A stretch of DNA of 64,000 nt from positions 12,371,654-12,435,653 of the forward strand of contig CM082577.2 in assembly GCA_040954595.2 (NCBI GenBank), given 5' to 3'. Below are positions 48,501 to 60,500 of this stretch, in pieces. Numbering within the stretch: the stretch's first letter is position 1; each line of letters begins with the position of its first letter. The translations under genes and the position numbers were made by a program. The stretch comes from Balanoglossus misakiensis. Lineage: Eukaryota; Animalia; Hemichordata. The notes beneath the pieces were generated by a model that saw only the letters and a program-made list of their open reading frames with translations, did not search any database and was not told the DNA's origin.

Positions 48501-51500
48501 CGGCTTTTCAAAGTTAAGCAGAAGACTTATCTTGATGTGGACAAATAGTCTTTCACACCTTTGTAAATCCTCTGCCTGTAATGTTAGGCAAGGGCTTCCT
48601 AAATGCTTTGAACACTGCTTATATATTTTATCTTTGTCTATGTACTTAATTGCTCATGGCCCGCTAATTACACTTTACTGTAAACAGAATGGTACACTAG
48701 AACCTAGTGTACTTGTTTGTCCATATGCAAATACCTTCGCCTGGCTCGAGTGCGAAGTGGCTGCCTGATCACAGGCATGAAAAAAGGTGGCAAATTCCGG
48801 CATTCGTGCACATTTTTCGGAACCGACACAATAAGCAATGCATAGACAGGTACCCAAGGTGAGCTTTTGACGGGGAAAAATAAAAACTTTTTATAGCATG
48901 TCATAGACCCTTTAATGTTGGCAATTCAAATTTCCATTTTGCATACAGAGATGCTTTGTTTGCAATCCTCAATATAATAGGTGTTTGATTATGTTTCATG
49001 AAGAGAAATTTAATACAAGTTTAATGAACAGAATCAAAATTGATCATCTTGTGTATCCTACCTTTTGTAAACAGAAACAACAGACCGCTTTGCATCATGC
49101 TGTCAATGGATCCAAACCTAAAGTTATCAAAGCTCTGTTGAGTTGTAATAGCACTGACAAAGATGCTACAGAAAAGGTAAAATAATGCTTTTTGGTTTTA
49201 CCATCTGTCCACTTGATCTCAGTAGGTCTTTAACATAACAGATGCATGTATGTGTTTATGTCTGACGTATGCATTTACATATCACTATTCACCTGACAAA
49301 CTGAACATCACATGACTGCTTTCTACATGTCTATCAATATTAAATAAACATATCATATCTAAAGTATGCATAATAGCTATGATATGAAAATGGTTACATG
49401 TAAAGATCGATATGTTAATGATTGTTATTCTGATTGATTTGCATGATACCATAGTGATTTTCTTCTTCTTATGATTTAAGTCATAAAAGATATGGCATCA
49501 AAATTCCTTAAATACCTTTCACAAATTTTGCATTTAAAAAAGTAGCTAGAAGTGCATGTTTTCAATATGACTTTGTATCAGCACACCTGTCATTGTCATT
49601 TTATACTGGTGGTTTATTTAATCAGTGTCCCTATTCAGTTCATCTGGTTGGTTTGCCTCACAGAATGCCAAAACACCCTTGTACGTAGCGACAGAAAATG
49701 ATGATGTCGACTGTGTTAAGGCTCTTCTGGAGAAAGATTGTCGTATCCATGCCAATGTAACACGTAATATCTATGGAAAGGTAAGCAGATCAAACACTTA
49801 TACTATAAGAAATATTTATTTTATTTATAAAACACACGACCGGAAGTCCAACCTAGCCAAATTAATTTGTAGTGTGAACCCTTTTCAAAACTAAACAAAT
49901 ACGTCCAGATTTTTATCGTATTGTTGGATGGGTCATACACAATCCCCTCAAAAAATTTGAGCAAATTCGGCCAACGCAGAGCGAAACTAAATTCTTCTGA
50001 AGTTGTCAAAAGCAGCGAAAATGCAAACTGAGAAAAACGGCAATTTGCGTTGCATGTTGACACCTATTTCTTAAGCTGCTGACTCATTCAGAAATTTTTG
50101 GATGGTTATGTACCATTTCCACCAAGACGCATTTGTCAGAATGTGGGTCAGTATTACACCTACCGATTTATGTGTAAAAGTAAAATTTAGGAAATATCAC
50201 AACTTTTAATCCAATGCCACCTTAAAATGACCAATGGATACAAAAATGGTCAGGTAAATTTATTAACTTAATCTTGAGTTACACTTTCTGAGTAGAGAAC
50301 CATAAATTTATGTTACTAAATTTGGCATCTGTCCTTCTAGAACCATTGATTTTACCATTAATCATATTTCTGTCTGATTAATACTATAAGGCGTACACCA
50401 GTAATTTGACCCAGCTGAAGTGGGTAGTTGAAAATGAGAAAAACCCAATGGTGCAGACATTGCAAAGAGCTGGAGTAGACATAGATTCACATGATGAAGT
50501 AAGTTAATCTTTAAGTTATTACTGCTTATACACAGAAATTACACTGCATAGATATTCTCAATTGAAAAAGTCTTTCAAGGACTTCAAGTAAGTTGAAGCA
50601 ATATATACCGGGTAAATGTTATTTTAATTATTTTGAATATTAATTAAAATGAGTATAAAAAATATATATCTTTTATTTAGAGAATATTGTACGCCCATAA
50701 TAGACGAGAGCACACATTGTACGAAATAATGTACAAGGCGAATGCCGAGTACATTTATGGAGTACAATGTGTGCTTTATGGGTCTTACAATTATATAGTT
50801 TTATCAATGCCAGTGAATTTGCAGACTTCAAAATTCTTTAAAATACTATAGGTGCGAAAAACTCAGACTCGGACACGAATATCAAAAACAGAGCAATTGG
50901 CATAAACAACGAATCAAATAGTGATTGCGGTCAATCGGTGTACTGTATCAGGAAACAAATAATGAAGATTTATTAACACATGTGAAAATTCATTTAAGGG
51001 TTCTGCTGAAAAATATCTGAAAAAGTTTCGTTTTATGTGAAATCTTGGTGAGGACTAGGGGAATATTTGCTTTGGTTTGCGTTCTCAGGAAAGTTCATGT
51101 ATACAGGCGCTCGGAAGGTTGCAATACATAGACAAACTCGCCCTTCTCCGTACCGCATAAACAACATAACAGTGACACTTGCGGCATACATTTTTTACGT
51201 AGAGCTTCATTCTCATGGCGCGTCGCTCGTCAGGGTTATATCACTTTACATTATCAGTAATAATGGACAGCTATGTCATCACAAAATTCACTGGTATTTA
51301 TATAGCTATAATATAATAATCGATATCATTTGATGGTTATTGGTTTACATGACCTATTCTGCTCATGTAAATTGCCATCCTCTTTTCTAATTTTAACATT
51401 ATGAAGATAGATGTATTCATACTGTGTTTTTGTAAGTTGATAAACAGCAAATCACATATTAGTAAATAATTTTTATTCAAGGACAATTTCACACTTCTAC

Positions 51501-54500
51501 ATCACTTTGCAAGTAATGGAAATGTAGCTTGTGTAAAGATCCTGCTTGACAACGGTGCCACAATCGATACATATTGTAAGGTGAGCATTTTGTTTGTTTG
51601 TCTATTTTTATATGTAAAGTATGTATAAATTTATATGAAAGTTACCATCACAGTAGTGTATGGGTTTTATAAAGTACTCTATTCATATTGTGTATGTTTT
51701 TCCATTACTCAACATATATTGTTTTGCAGGATAACTACACTCCTGTCTTTTATGCTGCCCAAAACGAACATGTTGATGTCACCAGCCTTCTGATTTCATC
51801 TGGTGCAAGATATCTGCATTCTGACAACAAGGTACTTTTACCATTTCATTAAATATGTGAATACCATGCAAGTTCTGTCTCAATTCGGTCTGTTGTTTAA
51901 TTCCAGTAGAAGGATTCACACAAATTGCCAAACATTTCATCCTTCATTGTGTTCATTAATAATTGCAGTGTGAATTGTTTATGTTCATTATGCATGCAAA
52001 ACACATGATATCATACATCTTACCAAAATGTAAATCTTATAGAAATTATGCTTCATACTTCATTGAGAAGTACCGTATATTCTCACAAATAAGCGCCACC
52101 CTTGATTAGGCACCAGTGATACCTGACTTTGCTACTTTTTACTTAAAATTAAGCGCCAGGAATTTTTTTTTTTTTTTTGAGGTGTGTGGACGTACGTGAA
52201 TCATGGCAAGTACTACCGGGGTAACACCTGTTTAGGGGTCTTGTCAAAAACAACGGGGGCTTGCTGCGTGAATAATAATTGACCTGAGCAGACAATGCAT
52301 GCTTTGGGCTGATGTGCTATTTATTTACAAGATGAAATCGGGCACATGTCAACCTCCTAATTTATGTAAATTATTATTCACTGCAAAAGACACAGGTGCC
52401 GGGCGTCTAGACACTCGTCTTTTTCCTGTCGATCGATCGGCAGCCGCTTACGTTACCGGCACTACCACCCAAGTTTGACCATATTGCCAGGGCTTTGAAA
52501 TAATAGGACTACGGTAGTTTCAAGTTGTGAATGTTTGCGGTATTAATTTTCTCATGAATATTCACGCAACGTGAGTATTCACGCAACCGTGCCTGACCTT
52601 ACATGTGTGAGAGCATTACAAAGACGCACTTGGACTAAACTACTATACGTCAGTAGATTTTGTTGATGGTTCAGCCAGCATACTGTAATGCTGCTCGTAG
52701 TATTCACTTCGTTGACAACTTTTTATTTCTGGAATATTTATTAGACAATACATTGAACTAACTGTATTTGAATAGAAAATGTTAAAACTTTACATATGAA
52801 TTCGAAACAGCCATTCATTCAGTGCGGACACCCCCTTACCAGAACACTGATTGGAACGTCCCAAATCATTTGCATATGAATCAACAGGGTACAGTATACA
52901 GGGCGACCCATGAATAAGTGCCATCGGTTCTTGAAAGACTCATTTCTGCTTTTGTTTAGGCGCCACCAAAATTTGAAATGGTTAAAAAGTGGCGCTTATT
53001 TGTGAGAATATACGGTAAATTATATGACAACAAGCTTATAAGCTTCATTTATCAACTGTACCATATTGTCATGGTTTATATTTTTAAACAGACAACAGCT
53101 CTTCATTGGGCAGTATCCAATACCATGGAATCCGTTGCGAAGACTTTGCTTAGAGTTGAAGGAATTAGCATAAATGATAAAGTCACTGGCTTACCAAAGG
53201 TAAGCATACAACACATACCACTCCCTGTACTAGATATGATAACAGGTGGTTACAGTTCAAACTTTTATGTTGACAATTTTCACAATTCAGAAAATACAAT
53301 TGAAAGAATTAAAAAAATATAATAAATTTTCAGTCAGTTTGACTGTATTGCTCATTATACAATTGGCTGAACGCACTTGAAGGTGAGATTAGTGAGATAT
53401 CTTCCTCCAGATGTGTCTCTACATTAAACAATGGAAGCCAATAACACTGTATAATAAACACCACCCTGAATGATACAGATATATATTTAACAAAAAAGCT
53501 TACAATGGATTTAATTTTGTGTTTAAATTCCCAGGAATATCCTAAAAAAACAACAGTACTGCATCTTGTTGCGAGAGAAAACAACATTGATGCAGTTAAT
53601 CTGTGTCTACAAATGAACGCTGATTGCCACATGCTTGATGCAGTAAGTGACTTTGAATAGATTAGTACCTGGACTGATTTTGGGATGGCTGATGCAATAG
53701 GGAGGAGGGTCACAACTTTCATCAAAACAATGACATTTAGAGATCTTTCTTCTGTTAAACAGAAATATGAAACAGTACTGACATTATTAATATTTTGCCA
53801 GCATTTTTGCTTTGTGATAACATCTGGTATTGCATGCTTGTCATTTGTAACTTCCTCAGGACCCCTGGTGAGCCATGGAAGCCTTTACAATCTTACATTG
53901 GTTATTAATTAATTAATTGATTCATTCATTCATTCATTCATTCTTTTATTCCCATAATTTTAGAAAAAATAAGTTTTTTTTATGCCAAAGAAATGAAAAA
54001 TACACAATATATTTTATTATTATTCACCTTTTGCTGTAACCTATGGAGTTCAGTAATACAATAATTCTCGGTATCAGAATACAATAATTGAGTGAGGATG
54101 CAGAGTCCCATAACTTCAGGGTATAGTAATAAGTTTATTCACAAAATACCGGGATTTATTTATTGTATGTTGTGAATAATATTTTGAATTTATATTTGTG
54201 AATAATATATTGTGAATGACATTTACAATGGCAATATGCAGATAAAAATATAGCTTACATTAGTCGAGTCTTGCCAAATTTACTTGGTGACAAATATAGG
54301 GCTACTGATGTATCATTCATAGAACTCACTTCTAAGAAAAAATGATAATTCTCCCTACTTTCAATTGGTTTTAAGCTACCTAAGTGAGTGATGAAAATCT
54401 CATATGGTCGACACAATTTCATGATGGCCGATTTTTGCCATGTTTAAGAAATGGGAGTTCATAAGCTAAAGTGGTGATGGGTCATTCTGAAAGTTTTTAA

Positions 54501-57500
54501 AAGAAAAAAAAAACAAAATGTGAAAAAAGTTTAATGAGTTTAATATACTAACTACAAAGACAGACATGCTTGACCATAGAAAGTCATGAAATACAGTAAA
54601 CATATCATTTCTTCTATCTCTTACTACATTGGGTTGTCGACTTTTTACCCAGAATGCAATGTGATTTGTCCCCTTAGCGCAAAGTGAAAACCTATATAAG
54701 GCAGCCAGAATTGTGTGAAAAACATTTTAAATAAAGTTTAAATAAACTGTGTAAAACATATCCCTGGGTTCATTTGTTGACTTGCACCTGGAAGGTTGTG
54801 TTTTAAGGATGTACATACAGAACGAAAACTTGTGAACTGTGCAAATGTGTATGCATTTGTGTCTTAATTCCATAGCACTATATTGACATCAGCTAGAAAA
54901 TTCACTTGTACTATTTTTTTTAATGGAATTTTAAAATTGCTCAGTCAAATAAAATTAAATTAGTCAGATAAATAAAATTGTTTTATCCAATAAATAAGCC
55001 CTTTGTGTGTTTGACAAATATGTTTCCTGCTTTTTCAAACTAAGGACGGGAAGAGTGCATTCTACTATGCTGTCCATCACGAACAAACGGACAACGTGAA
55101 GACACTTAAAATGGCTGGTGCTGGTTTTGAAAGTTCATTGCAGGTATGTACAGAGGAACACTGATCTGCACCTCGGGCATTTATTTTACATGCCATGTTA
55201 CCAGTTAAAGCTATTTTCATTGACAAGTAATAAATGCTTTAAACCTTGTGAATTGAAGAGGATATACAATAACATTTTAAATAAGGCACCTACACATGCT
55301 AACCCCATGTAATAAGTATTGTCAGTTATGACCTATCCTCAACATTTTTTTCTTTTAATTAGCCTGAGAAATTGGAAGAAATGACAGTCTACTGTGCTGC
55401 AGCAAAGTATACAAAAAAACCATATCTGAAAGTGCTATGCAATGCTGGTTATAGGGTGGATGCCACAAACAGTGTAAGTTGCATTGGTGGATACGTAATG
55501 TCAAAAAATCAAGTCACATTGTGAAGGAATATCAGAAAAGTAGAATTGCGTTTTGCTTTATACAGATGTCAAAACAATTTTAAAAGTACAAATTATGATA
55601 TAGCTTTCTTATTTCCACATTTTCTTTAAGGATGGAGAAACTGCCCTACATTTAGCATCAAAAAAAAATGAGAAAGAAGCAATATCTCTTCTTCTTAAAC
55701 ATGGAGCACTTATTGACATTAAAGACAAAGTAAGTGGGAAATTATTGCAGTGTAAATAATAGCACAACAATTGTCATGTCTAAGTCATGCATCTTTGGTT
55801 TGCTTAAGAAATATCGTAGCATCGTCACTACTGTTGTGTACTGTTGTGTCCTGAATTTTTTGCCATACATATACACAATTACACATAAATCAAGCTCCAA
55901 CATATTCACAACAATAACATAAATGTTCTAGCTCTCGTATCACATTTTTTCACTATCATTGTAGAAAATTTGAAACCTCATGTCTTTTAAACTGCATGCA
56001 AAACTGTTTAATACATTATGCTTTGTATTTACAAAGTAACAAGGGCAACTGTAATTATGAAATTTTGTGTATAGGACATAGTTTGCCTAGTGGACGTGCT
56101 CAACAGGGCTAGATGTGCATGATGGGCACTCTCACTAGTTAAATACATGTAAATGCAAGAACCGATTAATTTTGCAGGTGTTCTGTTTACTTATCTGGTT
56201 AATAATAAATAGGTTTTGACAGTAATGTTAACAATATTACTCTGTTGAATGTGGCAAACTCAAAGACTTGTTTGAGGTCATGAATGGTCTTTTTATAGTG
56301 TCAGAATTTACCAAATTCGCAAATGCCACATGGCCAATGTACCGGTAGGTTATCAATTCTATCTCAAACTTTTAAAATTATTCACAGGATGGGCGAACAG
56401 CAATGCACCATGCTGTACTTGGGGCTAACTTTGAAGCCAGCGAAACTCTTATGCAAAGCGGGGCGAGATCAGATATACCTGATGTGGTATGTAACAATAA
56501 TTTTATATTTTTGATTATTAGTCCTTTTATGTTATCACTCTGCATGCTCTGAATGTCATATGCAATTTACCATAGGTAGCGATTGTTCATAAATATTTTT
56601 GGTAACATAATTGAATCTTTGCCAGTGACATTTTGGGATGTTTTACTAAAATAAGTATTATCATTAGCATAAAGATCACAAAGTATATAGTGTCAACTTG
56701 AAAACTGCTAAACCAAATGTCATTCTAAATTGGCATATCACATCTCAATAGATCTGATAAGATTTTTGATGCACAAGGCATGCATAATTTGTCTGAAAAG
56801 TTGTGAACTTTGACCTACATTTGCATATCCCAGTTGCTAAATTATAGAGAGTTTTTGCTGTTTGCTTATTATTGGTCAATGAGCAACCAAAATCTCTAGA
56901 GTTTGGTTGACCTTTTGTATACTTTTTCATACACAACATGATGAAACTGGCTTCCAAAATATATGAAAACTTGGTTTTGATTGAAATGGGTCACATAAGC
57001 GACCAAAATGTACTCATAATTATAATATGCATGGTGTGAATCCAGCTCGCTGATTGGCTGGAGCCGGGGTTTATATTCTTGACAAGAAGACCTAGTACCT
57101 GGACCCTGAACAGTGAATAGTTTAAAAAAGGTAGAACATGTAGAAGAGAACCGCCTGAATAGAACTTATTTCATAAATTCTACTGGCGGTGGCATAAAAT
57201 CGCGTGGCTTTAGACATTCTAGACCATGTTTGCACAAGCTCAGCTGGCATGTTCTAGAACAGTGCCATTGAGGCCCTTGAACTGGCATGATTAATTCCCA
57301 ACCAAACAACAGATTTGAAATAATGCAGGGTTCGCGTTAGCGCAGATAATTTACGTTTTCACGCAAGATTGTAATGATTGCACTCAAGAAAAGACGTGCA
57401 GTTGCGAGCACTGCGCGCAAACGTTTCTCATGCCGGCCAAAAGTGGCTATTGATCTGCAGTAGCTAGGCAACTATATCGGTATTATGACTCCACTTGCGC

Positions 57501-60500
57501 TGCGCGTCTGGAATTCTGAGGTAAAACAAACAATGTTGCAAGCGCATCAGGTCATGCGCGCGTCAAAACCAAGTTACAATGTACCTACTACCGATTTCAA
57601 AATACCTTGGAAATTCTTTGTGTTCAAGTGTTACAATAAACGTCTCCCATGATAAGAAAAAAACGTCTAAGTTCATGAAACTGAATACTGCACTTTGTTT
57701 ATTTTGCAACAAAGTTACCGTTTGAAACGTGCGTAATCCCACTCTGAGATTGTCTGTAGTCTACTCTGAACCTTGTATGAGGATGTTTTGCACTGACAAC
57801 CAAGAAAACTTCCTAATGATGAAGAGCAATATATCGAGTATTTAAAACGACAAACTCCTTCGATTTCATACGAAGAAATTCAACAAAAATTGGCGGAATT
57901 TTCGCAAGCAGACGTGTCTATACCCACCGTCTGTCGAACCGTCAGAAATCGTTTGTCCGACAAAACGTGGACTTGGAAAAAATGGCGTGTTGCAAACGAC
58001 GAGAGTTGTTTAGCGTGTCGAATGCTGCTCTACGAAGCTCGTAGTTACCTTCTGACCGGGACATTTATGCTTGAACGGACTGCGTTCACCCCACTTCAGG
58101 TCGGTATATTCCTTTGAAGCAGAGATGTGAATTGCTAGTTCCGCGGGTTGCAGTGTATCCCGTCTGTTGAACTTTCTTTTAGAGAATCGACGTATTGCGA
58201 AGAGAGACGATTGAGATGAGAATTAGCGGTGTAGGATATAGAGACGATGTACCAAACCGCCGTGTTGTATTCAGAATTTGTGTTGTTGAAATGAAATACA
58301 ACGGAAGAGTTTGAACCGCATCGCTGTATGGACTGATAGTGTTGTGGCAAATTCGGGCGTGCGAGGCCGCCGCTAACCTTGCAGCGATCACCCGGCCGCT
58401 TGAGAACTTTTTCGACCTACGCATGAACGTGTTTGTGGCAGCAAAATATATGAACTCAGCGTGACAGGCTACATTGTTTGAAAAATAACGTCGGCGCGTC
58501 TTCGCGCCCAGCGGATATTTTTTTCAGATCTGGCTTTTTCAACGTTTGTTTGGCGTTCATGATTAGTATAAATCCATGTTCTTGTTCCGCTATTTCCATT
58601 CCGAAAACCCCAAAGTTTTAAATGTGTACACTTTGACTAGAAAAGGCCTCAGACACCTTCATATGCTGTCTGGCAGCCAGGGTGGGATATCCGACTGCGG
58701 TGCAGCTCAAAGTAGCCTGGAGCTGGTCATGTTGGGAGCGGTGCAGCCGGCCAGTGGATAGACGTCTTACACTGTCATACGCGCAGGCGTGCGGCAATCG
58801 GCAAGAACCCATCGGGAGGAACCCAGTCCGTTCAAGCGTAAATGTCCCGGTCAGAAGGTAACTACGAGCTTCGTAGAGCAGCATTCGACACGCTAAACAA
58901 CTCTCGTCGTTTGCAACACGCCATTTTTTCCAAGTCCCCGTTTTGTCGGACAAACGATTTATGACGTTTCAACAGACGGTGGGTATAGACACGTCTGCTT
59001 ACGAAAATTCCGCCAATTTTTGTTGAATTTCTTCGTATGAAATCGAAGGAGTTTGTCGTTTTAAATACTTGATATATTGCTCTTCATCATTAGGAAGTTT
59101 CCTTGGTTGTCAGTGCAAAACATCCTCATACAAGGTTCAGAGTAGACTACAGACAATCTCAGAGTGGGATTACGCACGTTTCAAACGGTAACTTTGTTGC
59201 AAAATAAACAAAGTGCGGTATTCAGTTTCATGAACTTAGACGTTTTTTTCTTATCATGGGAGACGTTTATTGTAACACTTGAACACAAAGAATTTCCAAG
59301 GTATTTTGAAATCGGTAGTAAAATGTTACAAAATTTGTCCACTCGCCGTACTCATGAATGAACGCTTGCACGACGTTAGCAGTACTTATGGGGTCATCAT
59401 CAGGTCATGAAATGAGGCGATTCTACTTATACTTTGGGGGTTTCAGGTCTCTTACAATGCGCGCTCAAAGAAAGTGGGGCTGCACGTAAATAAATTATAC
59501 TCGTTGCGCGCACTGCACGTAGAAACTGCAAAGTCTGGCGCCAACCCTGTAATGAAATTGTATCTTTGTCAAGCAAAATCATATTATTGTCATATCTCCC
59601 GGTAGGTATTTATAAAGACAGACTTTTTCGTTGAAATGTGCCACCAGTGGACCAAATTTTTTTGACATTTTCATTTCTTTGCCTCGGTTTACACATTATA
59701 TTAGCACATGTTATTAAATATTTTTTTCCAATTTGCTTATCTTGCAAACCCAGTGTATGTGTATGCAGATCTGCCTTTGCTTTACATTTGTCAGTAAAAT
59801 TGGGACCAAACTCACTTTCAAAAGTATGTAGTGACCTTCAGTCTGTTTTGCATGGATAATACTGATTGCTGACTCAAACTGTACTCCGTACAATCAACGC
59901 CTATAGTAAACTTTGAAATAATTTTTTCTAGGTAGCTGTGCATGGGTACATACCTTATCTACTGATTCAAGATAAACCTCTAGAATATTCCATACAACCT
60001 GGGCCTGACTGCTCTATTCTATAATCTGTGTCGAATGTGTCTCCATTTGGAATATTAAACTTACAGGATAGATACAGTCTATACCAGATGAATTATGAAG
60101 TAGGCCGGTTAATGGAACGACAGCTTCTGGGTCAGTTACATGGTCTGATTACAAACTATGTCAATATTTATTGCAGGAAATCCAAACTCCACTATACATG
60201 GCATTGAATAAATACCAAGAGAAAGGACAAAAAGAAATCGTCAAGATTCTTTTAGAAGCCGAAAGTCCTATTCATCCAGACACAGTTAGTATTAAGATAA
60301 ATACAATGTTATCACATAGTTTGAGATATGTCCTGAAGTTGGAAGAAGTAATATGTAAACATATGAATAATTTTTGTCTTGATTTTTATAATCTTCTCAG
60401 TAAGCGGACTAAGCCACTGTCCCTATATTAAGAAAATGACTGCAATGGGTAAAAAATCTTCATAAATATGAATGATCCTTTTGCATAACAACTATATGAG

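Noticed and set aside
4696-50225. ttaaggtggcattg (4696) and caatgccaccttaa (about 50212-50225) as the two ends of one 45-kb transposon
   Set aside because: The span includes 20 exons that stay in decamer register with those outside it; two separate fragments of a TTAA-type family is simpler.
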